From assembly GCA_002189035.1 (NCBI GenBank), contig CM007991.1, forward strand, positions 620,001-684,000: a stretch of 64,000 bases of DNA. Direction: 5' to 3'. Source of the DNA: Utricularia gibba (Eukaryota > Plantae > Magnoliophyta). The translations under genes and the position numbers were made by a program. The notes beneath the pieces are model-generated. The model ran no database searches and was not told where the DNA came from. It saw only the letters and a program-made list of their open reading frames with translations. Positions 39,851 through 50,593 of the stretch are shown here, piece by piece (within the stretch, counting starts at the first letter, position 1; the number at the start of each line of letters is the position of its first letter).

Positions 39851-42800
39851 ATGGCAGCCCAGACTTCTGCTCCACCAGTCTTCAATGGCAAAGATCCAAG
39901 TGAGTTTCGAGCGTGGTCTAGAAAAATGACAGACTACTTTGATGAGCTTGATCTAGCAGATTACTTCACCACAGAGTCTCCTCTAGAAACAAGCGAAGAG
40001 GCTTGGACAAGCTACAAAAAAATTGAAAAAAGGGTACGTGGTATTCTAAATCAGGCTGTCACCCACGAAGCATATGAACATATCTTGGAATGCAAGACTC
40101 CTAAGGAGGCATGGAAAGTACTAGAAGATGCTTATATAGGGACCGCTGAAAGCAAAGCTGTTCAAGTTGCAGACATATGGCGCACACTAAACCATCAAAA
40201 GGTAAGTTCACCTGACTCTCTTAATCAATTCACTGACCTTATTACTGCAGGTGTGCGTAAAATGCGATTATTAGGGTCCAAGGCTGACGAAGATAGACTC
40301 AAGGATATCATTATCCATGCGCTGCCCCCTTGTTATGAATCAGCAGTGAACTCCCTTCAGATCCACGGCCTGGAAAAACTGTCTCATGCTGAAGTCCTTC
40401 AAAAATTGAGGCGAGTAGAGATTAAAACACACATGCAACCATATGAAGAAAAGGCATTCTCAGCAAAATCTGTATACAAGGCACCAAGCCAAAGAGTAAC
40501 AAACTCCCAAATGGAAAAACCGAGTGCGGTTTTGGGCAAACCATGAACATATGTACTTGGGTCACATCCTCCATGTCTTCACTGCAAGCAGCAGAATCAC
40601 ATCTCAGACGACTGCTATTGGCATCCAGAAAAATTATGCCGCTTCTGTCAAGAAAAGGGCCATCTTGAAAGAGTCTGCCCAATAAAAAGAGAAATCATGC
40701 AACAAATGCTCCAACAGAGACATATGGGATCTAAAGGAGGCATCAATGTGAAACTCTCTTCTGACTTTTCTACAACAGCCAAAAATGATGTATCTCAACA
40801 CACAATAAATGAGAAAGATACCGTTGATATCTACTCTTTATGCCGAACCACATTATTCTCTGCATTAACGAACGTACAGAACTGGGTATGGCTTTTGGAC
40901 AGTGGGAGTACAAACCACATTGCCAATAACAAACAACTCTTCATCAGTTACGAAAAAACTCTTACAGAAATAGAAATCGCTAATGGAACTCACATTATGG
41001 CCATTGGAAGAGGCAACATTAAACTGGAAACTGCAACTCATTATATTCTTCTCAAGGATGTTCTACATGTACCGGCTGCCTCCCACAACTTACTAAGCCT
41101 TGGCCAGCTAGTTAAAAGAGGTTGTGATATTAACTTCTGTGATAATACGTGTCATATCAGTAGCTCTGCAGGAGAGAAAATTCTGAGTATCTCTATGATG
41201 AATAAGATCTTCCCTATTAACTTTCTCAAGGAAACATGAAATATTGTCACTATGGCCTTATCCGCCCAAGCAAAGGAAAACATGATCTTGTGGCATCGAA
41301 GATTTGGACACCACAATCAGATGTCTCTGTACAAAACACAACAAAGGGAACTACTTACTGGGATTCCAACACTAGAACAAGATGGAGATTGCTGCAAAAT
41401 CTGTCAGCTTGGAAAGATGTCTCGACCATCATTTTCACAGAGCATATGGACAGCACAACAGTCACTAGAAGTAATCTGTTCAGACATTTGTGGGCCTATT
41501 ACACCATCTACTCAAGCTGGGAACCGATACTTTGTATTATTTATAGATGAATTCTCGAAGTATGCCTGGGTTTATTTCCTAAAATCACGAACAGAAGTCA
41601 GCAAATGCTTCATGGATTTCAAAGCATTGGTTGAGAATCAAAGTGGGAAAAGGATTAAGGCATTGAGATCTGATAATGGTGGTGAATACATACCGCATGA
41701 ACTCCAAAAATACTGCCAAGAGCATGGAATTGAACAGCAATTTACTGCTCCTTATACCCCTCAGCAAAACGGTATCTGCGAAAGACGCAACAGAACAATC
41801 ATGGACATGTCACGCTGCCTATTATTGGAAGGAAACCTACCAAAATTCTTCTGGGAGAAGCTGTCCATACAACCGTTTACTTGCTCAACAGATTGCCTAC
41901 ACGAGGAACAAAAGAGTACAACACGCCATATGAACTATGGAAGAACCGAGTTCCATCGGTTGATCACTTAAGGGTATTCGGTTGTATATGTTTTACACAG
42001 ACTCCACACCAACTCCGCACAAAGTTAGACAACAAAAGCAAGATGGGAATATTTGTTGGATATGCAACACAGTCCAAAGCCTATAGAGTCTGGCTACCGG
42101 AATATAAGAAGATCATCATTAGTAGAGATATAGTCTTTAATGAAAGAAAAGCATGGAAGTGGAATCAAGAAAGTTGGAACATCGAAACCTCAAACGTAAC
42201 AGACCTGAGTTTCCTATTTCCATTACTACCAGCTGTCCTAACTGATATGATTACAACAAATGAGGATATGTCAGTCAGAGAGGAAATAATAGAGCCATCA
42301 CAAACATGCTCAGAAGAAATAGACATTGACTCACAAACCGATGCCTTTAGCCCCTCTCTTGAAGCTAATCAAAACTTACTACCAGAGGATAACCGTGAGC
42401 TCAATGACCTATCCGATTCAATACAAGCAGAGACTGACAACTCCCTGCTTCCTGAAAGTTTGCTTCAGAATCCTACAGAAATAGAAATAGATCATCTATC
42501 CACCAACGCAACAAAACAAAGGTTGGAACAAAATCAGGAAAGGTGGATAGAAAATAGAGAACCTACTGAAAGAATCCACGCAATACCTGATGAAAGTATG
42601 CACAAAGATCAATTTCTAGAAAAGGAAAGCATCTCTGAAAGACCTCTAGGAGAACAAGGATCACTGGAAACTCAAGAAATCACGCCCACAGACGCAGACC
42701 AGCCTAAAATAACTGAAAGCTTGGAGTCTATTATTATTAAAACTCGAAGTGGGAGAACCTCAAAATCACCCCTATGGATGAAAGATTATGTCGAAATGTC

Positions 42801-44580
42801 AATTTGCAGTGCACCTGAAAGTATAGAGGCACCGCTTGAGCCAACTTCAATTGAAACGGCACTAAAAGATCCACAATGGAGAAAAGCAATGGAATTAGAA
42901 CTCCAAACTATTGAGAAGTATAAGACATGGACCCTGGTAGAGAGAAAAGAAAACATGAGAGTAATTGGTGTTAAATGGGTACTACGCACCAAGCTCAATC
43001 CAGATGGCAGCGTCAACAAACTCAAGGCAAGATTGGTAGCTAAGGGCTTTAAACAGAGAGCTGGAATTGATTACCAAGACACATTTGCGCCAGTAGCACG
43101 ACTTGATACAATCAAACTATTGTTGGCTTTAGCAGCATGCAAAAGATGGGATGTCTATCACCTTGATATCAAGTCTGCATTTCTAAATGGTCTACTAAAT
43201 GAAGAAGTTTATATAGAACAACCATCAGGATTTGTGATTAAAGGGCAAGAAAACAAGGTCTATCTACTTCACAAAGCTTTATACGGATTAAAACAAGCAC
43301 CAAGAGCATGGTATTCTAAGATTGACCTCTACTTCACTCAGCATGGTTATGTGCGAAGTGAAAACGACAACACCCTATATATCTTGAATGTTCAAGCAGG
43401 ACAAGTAATTATTTCCTTATACGTGGATGATATCCTCATGACAGGAAATAATCCAACTCTAGTGGGAAGCGAAAAACAAGCTCTGAAAAAACACTTTGAG
43501 CTAACAGATTTGGGACTAATGACCTATTTTCTAGGTCTCGAAATCATCCAGAGCTCTACATCTATTATTCTATCACAAAGGAAATATATTTAGGATTTAA
43601 TCAAGAAACATGAATATAGCTACTCTAGATTTTCTGCTGTACCTATCACACCGGATATGAAGAAGCAATTCTATCATACACAAGAAGAGTTCGTAGATGT
43701 TACAACTTACAGGGGAATAATTGGTTCTCTATTGTATCTCACTGCAACACGGTCAGACATAACTTATGCAGTGAATCTACTCTCTCAATTCATGGTGCAA
43801 CCTCGAAAACCACATCTTGATGCTGCAAAACGAGTTTTGAAATACTTAAATCATACATCAAATCTGGGACTAATCTACACAAAAGGTACGAACCCTTATC
43901 TTCAAATATATTCAGACAGTGATTTTGCAGGAGATGGTCACGATCTCAAGTCAACCTCCGGATATGTATTCTCGCTGGGTGGATCACCATTTGCCTGGAA
44001 CAGCAAAAAGCAAACTGTCATTGCTCAATCCTCTAGTGAGGCTGAGTACATGGCAGCAGCAGCTGCTGCAAACCATTTGATGTGGATACGCAAACTACTA
44101 ACTGATCTGGGAATTCATATAGAGAAGCCTACTGTGATGAACATCGATAATAAATCTGCAATTTCTATGGGAAACAACCCCAGTCTCTTTGGAAGAACAA
44201 AACATATCCAGATAAAATTTCATGTGCTGAGACACTATGTTCGTGAGAAGATGATTAAACTCAAGTTTATACAATCAGAGAGACAGCTTGCAGATATACT
44301 CACCAAATTGATGTTTCCTCAGCAATTCTGCTATCTTCGTGACAAGCTCAACTTGAAGAAAATTGAAGAATCAGAAACCACTATGGTACATGATATGCAA
44401 CAATCAGTGAAACCGAAGTCAAGAAACTCTAAATTGCCTTCTCACAGGGGAATGTTGATGCAACCTGAGAAGGAAATTACAAGCAAACTGCTCCAATCAA
44501 ACAAATCAGAAGAATCAACTGCAAACCACATTGATGAAAAAGAAAATCCAAGAGGAAATCTACAGATATGCAACGGCTAG
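39851..44580 (+). pseudogene. Disrupted gag-pol polyprotein of the copia element
   Basis: In-frame TGA 40544-40546, TGA 41237-41239 and TAG 43591-43593, plus a 1-nt frameshift near 41853-41855 (FW[A/G]EAVHT expected). Confidence 0.9.
44446..44452 (+). promoter_or_regulatory. Polypurine tract (AGGGGAA) immediately before the 3' LTR
   Basis: Purine run abutting the TG at 44453; shorter than typical. Confidence 0.65.
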
Positions 44581-44845
44581 AAACGGAATTAATGCAAAGG
44601 CCATCCATACACGTCTCTAACGGTCCAAAAAAAAAAAAAAACATATGAATTTCCCTATAAGTAACGAGCTCTTCGCTGTAACTTGTTGTAACTCAATTCT
44701 TCAAAATTGAAGAAAAGAAAAACTCACTTTCATACCTGTTTACGCTCTCTTCATACATACTGTATTTTTACATCAAAGTTGCATCTACCCAGCAAGCAAC
44801 GTGAATACACAGTCAAGAAATTGAAGAATTGTTCTATGTTCTTTA
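44453..44845 (+). repeat. 3' LTR (393 bp, TG...TA)
   Basis: Direct repeat of 39354-39743, followed by the TSD TAAAA. Confidence 0.95.
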
Positions 44846-45378
44846 TAAAAAACCCAAACCCGATCATGTGCATCAAAGTAGTGAAAGAAGGAATTTTGAT
44901 TTGGATAAATAAGAAGACTGATCCAGAGGCGTGGCGAGATGGCTTCATGTGTTCCAACAATTATACCTGCACTGGCACCGGCTCTTAATTATATGAAAAT
45001 TTCACTGTCATAGCGTTTTGGTGATTGTGGCAGCTACCCAGCCAAAGAATGTGATCCCCATCTACTTCCTTCCCATTTTTGTGAGTTTCGGTTCGGTTCT
45101 CTTGTGTTCACCTTTTTTGGTGACAAACTTCTTTCTATAAAATTTCTAATATAGTCATTGGTTTTGGGTTTTAAATACGAGAAAATTCTCGATTTTACAA
45201 AATTTCGATAGGAATTTAAAATGCTGGGCTCCATTTCGACATTCATTATGATATGAAACTTAAAAGTTATGTTCCAAATTTTTAAAAAAATCATATTTAT
45301 ATTAAATGAAAATAATAAATAAATTGAAATAAGAAGTTTAGAATATTGCATAATAACCTTGGGAACTCCATCCATCAA

Positions 45379-45462
45379 GGGGTGGTGGCGCAGTTGGCTA
45401 GCGCGTAGGTCTCATAGCTTCTGAGTTATCCTGAGGTCGAGAGTTCGAGCCTCTCTCACCCA
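45379..45462 (+). tRNA. trnM-CAT: Elongator tRNA-Met(CAT) with 11-nt intron (45417-45427); acceptor stem one C short
   Basis: GGGGTGGTGGCGCAGTTGGCTAGCGCGTAGGTCT-CAT-A-[GCTTCTGAGTT]-ATCCTGAGGTCGAGAGTTCGAGCCTCTCTCACCC-A; A and B boxes, upstream CAA, downstream T-run. Confidence 0.92.
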
Positions 45463-45767
45463 AAAGTTTTTCCATCTTTTTCTTTTTTTATATGATGCTC
45501 TTCAACGCGTTTGCTCCATTTCAACATTCACTGTCTTGATTTTTTCAAGTTGCTGCCATCTGCAACTGAGTTTCCTCAGTCCCTATGCTGCTAGCCTCAC
45601 ATTGAAGCCACAGACGGTGAGATGTTCCAAGACACACAAGTCAGTGGTAGTAGGCAAAGAGAAAATCTGAGGGAGAAATAAAATCAATCTTCTACTGCAC
45701 AGCCCCCTACCTAACAAAAGATGCAAATTTATTTTTAAGATTTCTTTACACAATAAAGCAGTACACA

Positions 45768-46703
45768 TCATTTCAACCGCAGGCCTCCAATAGCATCAGT
45801 GGCTTTTTTGACTTGCTTATCATATTCATCATCCTCTTCATCTACTTCCTTTTTCTTTTCTTTTTCTTCTTCATCCTCATCTTCAGCTCCCACAGCGAGC
45901 ATTCCAATAGACTGGGCGGCCGGACATGCCTTGGCCTCTTTCACAAACTTTGTGATTTCATCTGCACTTTGACGAGAAAAAACTGGGTCTTCCCTACGGT
46001 AGTATACTGCTTGAGCTGCTTCAGTTAGTTCCCTTGGCAAGTTCTTCAGAAACCATGGATGTGATTTGATTTCCTTCATTGTAATCCGCTGCAGTAATAC
46101 GGCCGGTCACTGATACAGATATGGTGGAGGAACCCGGATTCGTTTATGGCAGATTACAAGAGTAAACGGCTTTGAAAAGAACACATACTCTGGCTGCATT
46201 GGCCACAAATATCCGAGAAAGAAGATGCCTGCAATCTTGCGATATGTGGATATAGTCAGGAATCTTGTATTGAACGCTCATTATCATCTGGAATACACAG
46301 GATAAAGGCATACGGTTACTTAGTCAGTACGTTATAAAACCTGGCTCAGCATGACAAAAACAACATACTTGGATGGTTTTCTTGAAATTCTTTGGGTCTT
46401 TCTGATCTTCAAAAGGATATGCTCCTACCAGCATCACATACAGTGTCACACCACAAGACCATACATCAGCCAACTACACAAAAAATGCAATAAAAAGTAA
46501 ATCATTAGCATCATCATACGGAATGTAATTCATAGCTTACTCAATAAACGAAGAGACTAGAATGAGAGTTTGTGGCAAAGAAAGCATTGGCATCATCATA
46601 CAGAATGGAATTCATTGACTGATCGAAAAATGAAGAGCCCCGAAAGATCCTGTGGGATGTAGGTGATAAAAAAGAAAAAAAACAAGAAAGGATAGCCTGC
46701 TTG

Positions 46704-46734
<31 letters not shown>

Positions 46735-47860
46735 TTCTGGTGCAATATAAGCAGGAGTACCAACAGTAGACTTGGGCCTTGAATGAAGCAGAGATGACTA
46801 AAAAACAAAGAAAAAAAAACTTCAAATTGAATATAAGTGATGTAACTGCAATACTTGCATCACCTTAGAGTATCCAAAATCACATATTTTAAGGCATGGA
46901 GCATGGCTCCCATCAAGAAGGGTGTTCTCCAATTTTAAATCACGGTGGCATATTTGCTGCAAACAACAGACCAGTAAATGATACAGAACGAATACATCCC
47001 ATTGTAATAATCACTGATATTTTCAACATCCAATAATATTGACGCCAACTGTAGAAGAATATCATATAAGTCATCATATTTGGTACCGATAGGCCCTTCT
47101 CATACCTTGGCATGACAATAGCTGACGCCACAAATAAGTTGTTGAAAAAAGTATCTAGCCTGCGATCAGAAAATGAAAACGTTAGAAATTGAGTTTCTTT
47201 TGGAAACATATCTTATTCAACATCTATATACGTCTCCCAGGAGTGGCCCAACCATAAGTGAACATGAAAATATACTTAACAAGTGTTAGAGTGTATTCTT
47301 GAATGATTTGACTACGCCTTTTTACAGTTTGTTCCCTTTCCATCTGTGTGTAAACATATATCAATATGAAAGATAGCTAGATAAACCTCATCCTCACTGA
47401 AGCGTCCAGCATTGCAGATCCTCTCAAACAGCTCTCCACCGGCAGCATACTCCATAAGAATGGCTAGATGAGTTGGTGTTAGGACCACCTGATCAGATGT
47501 TTATGATCACCAAGCAGCCAACAATAGGCTCAAACAATCAACAAAACTTAGCTCTTCACCTCCTTAAACCGGATTATGTTAGGATGCCGAAGTGATCTAT
47601 GGTTTATGATCTCACGGGCGACATTCTCATCTATCTACATGACACCGAAATTGAACCACACATCATTAAGTAGACAAGGTAGCAGAAAATTGAAAACCCA
47701 ACAAGCAATTACAAATATCGTTGAATAATGAAAACCATACCTTGGGTCCTCTCTCAATGTATTTTACAGCCACAAGCTCCTTTGTCTCCTTGTTTCTCAT
47801 CAGCTTGGCTACACCAAAATTCCCAGACCCTATGTCCTTCACAAATTCGTACTTTTCCAT
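45768..47860 (-). CDS. SnRK2: SNF1-related protein kinase 2 (subclass I-like), 9 exons
   Basis: [26 protein letters not shown]; [10 protein letters not shown]; ICDFGYSK; [13 protein letters not shown]; DVWSCGV; [12 protein letters not shown]; acidic C-terminal box. Confidence 0.95.
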
Positions 47861-48304
47861 GATCAACTCCACCCAGTTTCGAATTAATGCCCAGAAGTTT
47901 TATGAGTCCGTTCAATCCAAATTGGGGAAAAGAAATATGAATTCCTGAGTTACAGAAAGGCTTCAGTTATCCCCAACGGCAGCGTCATGCAATAGGCGTG
48001 AATGCATGTGGAGCTTAAAATTGCAAGCGAATTGAAAGAATCCTTTAAGACACGTTTTGGGGGTGCGGAGGAAAAAGGGAAAGCGATTGAAGAATTGAGC
48101 TCGATTGATGGACGTGTTGAAAGGGATCAGGGAATTTCAGGCGAGACGTAATCAATTTGGGTCCCTTGTCCGAAAATTTCAGGAATGAATCACACCTGTT
48201 CCTTGTGTTTCCAAAGCCTATTTAATAATACCCCAATTGCATTGGCTGTAGTAAATTTGATTATAGAAATTTGATGTTGGATAATATAATTCTTGTCATA
48301 TCAT

Positions 48305-48378
48305 GACCGCATAGCGCAGTGGATTAGCGCGTCTGACTTCGGATCAGAAGGTCGTGGGTTCGACTCCCACTGTGGTCG
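48305..48378 (+). tRNA. trnR-TCG: tRNA-Arg(TCG)
   Basis: Full cloverleaf GACCGCA..TCTGA-CT-TCG-GA-TCAGA..GGTTCGACT..TGTGGTC-G; T5 terminator about 8 nt downstream. Confidence 0.95.
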
Positions 48379-48683
48379 GGTCATCTTTTTGCTTGTTTTC
48401 CCACACCTTCGGCCGTATGCCTACAAAATCTTCATCCTTTTTGTGATTGGGCCTTATCTGACCCAATACATTAGTAGTTGGGCATATGTTCATTGCAAGC
48501 CCAATAGTAAATATCGTATGAAACCCTCGGGTCTCGAAGACCCACCATCCAGACATCGATCGAACCAGTCTTCCAGAATTTGATTCCAAGAAACTTCATA
48601 TTGTTCCATTAAAGTTGATACTCTGCGTTGCGCTTTTTCTGACGTCCAATTCCCGGGAAGGAGAAGAACCTAGAAAGCAAGAA

Positions 48684-49487
48684 ATGGCGCAGCCCAGCAA
48701 GGAGCCATGCAAGAAACAAGCTTGCGATATTCAAGCTTGTCTTTCCAAGAACAATTTCCTTCCCCAAAGGTAATGTTTTTTTTTTTTCGAAACATGAATC
48801 CTCGCGGGATTACAGACTGCTTTGCTCATATTTCCTAATTTTCGAAACGTAAACGTGTTCTTTTTGCGAAAGTATGTCGTTGATATTTCGGTAACTGACG
48901 TAAAACCTAATTAATTTCACGTTAGGGTTTGTTTGTTTCCGGCTCTGTTTTCTGTTTAGCATCAATTCCATAAATTCGTTTCGTTGATGCAGTTCCAGTT
49001 CTGGTTTTGTTGGTTTTTACCAATGTGATTAGCCATTCACCATTATCAGTCTGTTGTGTTGACTGGAAGAATTGTATGATTTTTGGCAATTGCGTTTGCA
49101 AACTGGTGGTTAATCCCTTATATGATTGAATTTTCTGCTAAGTGTAGGTGCATTAAGGTAATCACATTATCCATTTTGCTGTGTGTTTGTTTCAGGTTTC
49201 CTGTTTTATGGTTAGGATTAACTCCATGATTTTGTTTTGTTGGTTATGGTCAATATGATCAAGCACTCACCATCAATGTGTTTTGGCTGGAAGATTTACA
49301 TACTCTTTGGGGGTTGAAAACTACTTATGCGAGCTGCTGGTTAGTCCTTGAAACTTATTGAATGTTTACTGCCAAGCGTAGGTGCATCAAGGTAATCCAG
49401 TTACTGCAATATTGCTGTGATCAATGCGAATACAAATCAACACACTGTGCATCGGTTTCGGATCTTCTGAAGCACATAAACAAATAA
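48684..49487 (+). CDS. CMC4: Small Cx9C-motif protein, CMC4/MTCP1-like, 2 exons (48684-48769, 49382-49487)
   Basis: MAQPSKEPCKKQACDIQACLSKNNFLPQR|CIKVIQLLQYCCDQCEYKSTHCASVSDLLKHINK stop; twin Cx9C spacing. Confidence 0.85.
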
Positions 49488-49689
49488 ACCTGAAAGCATC
49501 CCGAGGTAAGCCGCTGAAGTTGCTCACTCCTGTACATAGTTACTCTCACAGGAAGGCAGCTGCTTGCTGCTTTCACAGAGGGGTTCCAAGAGCTCAATGG
49601 TGTCTTATGGCTCCTCCCAATGTAAGTTCTGTCTACCAAGTGTTGATGCAATTAGATGATCTTAAGAAGATGGGATAGTCCACAAAAGG

Positions 49690-49752
49690 AGGAGTATCAT
49701 CCTTCAGTTTTTTTTTTTTTTGATCCGTGAAAAAAAAAGGAGTATCATCCTT
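49690..49752. repeat. 15-bp direct repeat (AGGAGTATCATCCTT) flanking a 33-bp T14/A8 insert
   Basis: Copies at 49690-49704 and 49738-49752; the insert is CAG-T14-GATCCGTG-A8. Confidence 0.75.
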
Positions 49753-50593
49753 TGATGTATGAAAGTATTATATTAATTTTATTTTAACCATATTTTGTTT
49801 ATTTACAAGTCATCGGTTATTTCATGTGCATTTAAACATGCTTTTTTTTTTCTCTCAGTATGATGTCAAATTTGTTGTAATTATGTGTATATTATCATTC
49901 TCAAAATGAAGTATTTTTTTTAATTCTGATTTTTTTTAACAAAATTATTTACAAGAATACCCTTCTTTTTTCTATTCATAGGGGAATTTATTTTTTTCAA
50001 CTTTTTTTTCCTCATTTTTCACATCTACAATTTTGAGGGTAGGTAATCAAAATAATTACAATATTTCTGTAGAAACATTCTATAATAAGATTTATGGAGA
50101 CGTGTTAAGTTTGGTGGAAGGAATTGAAAATTTAACTAATGAATTTATATTGTCAAAATATTTATTATATATGTTTATGATTTTATGAAAACTGACTTGA
50201 TGTTTTGTATTAATTTAAATTGGGTTTTTATTTAATATATAATGGATAAATATTATTCATATATTATTAAAAATTAATTTAAAATTTTATATTACAGCAT
50301 ATTTATTACTTATTAAATTCTTTTTAAAGTTATGGAACATTAATTTGTTTTATTTTTTATTCTCATTTCTTAAAAATTAATCTTTGAAAATGTTTGCAAA
50401 ACAACCTGCACTACACGCAACACAACCTCTTTGGAATTTCAAAATTGAAAATGACCGAAAGGGGTAAATTCGGAAGGCAAAAAGTATGGGGCTATTAGAT
50501 TCAAAATTAGGCCCGTTGTTTTTTTTTTTTACCAGAGCTTACTCTTTATAAGAACCGGAATTGCGGAATGACGCGCGCCGGTGTCGTGCGAAA

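Larger units (their letters stand above)
39354..44845 (+). mobile_element. Full-length Ty1/copia LTR retrotransposon (5.49 kb; RT resembles Ivana/Oryco lineage), TSD TAAAA
   Basis: Two direct LTRs; TAAAA at 39349-39353 and 44846-44850; domain order gag-CCHC x2-PR (LLDSGSTNH)-IN (HRRFGH/CKIC, SDICGP, RSDNGGEY, NGICERRNR)-RT (IDYQDTFAPVARLDT, LYGLKQAPRAW, YVDDIL)-RH (YSDSDFAG, SEAEY, IDNKSAI). Lineage call is from memory and tentative. Confidence 0.97.
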
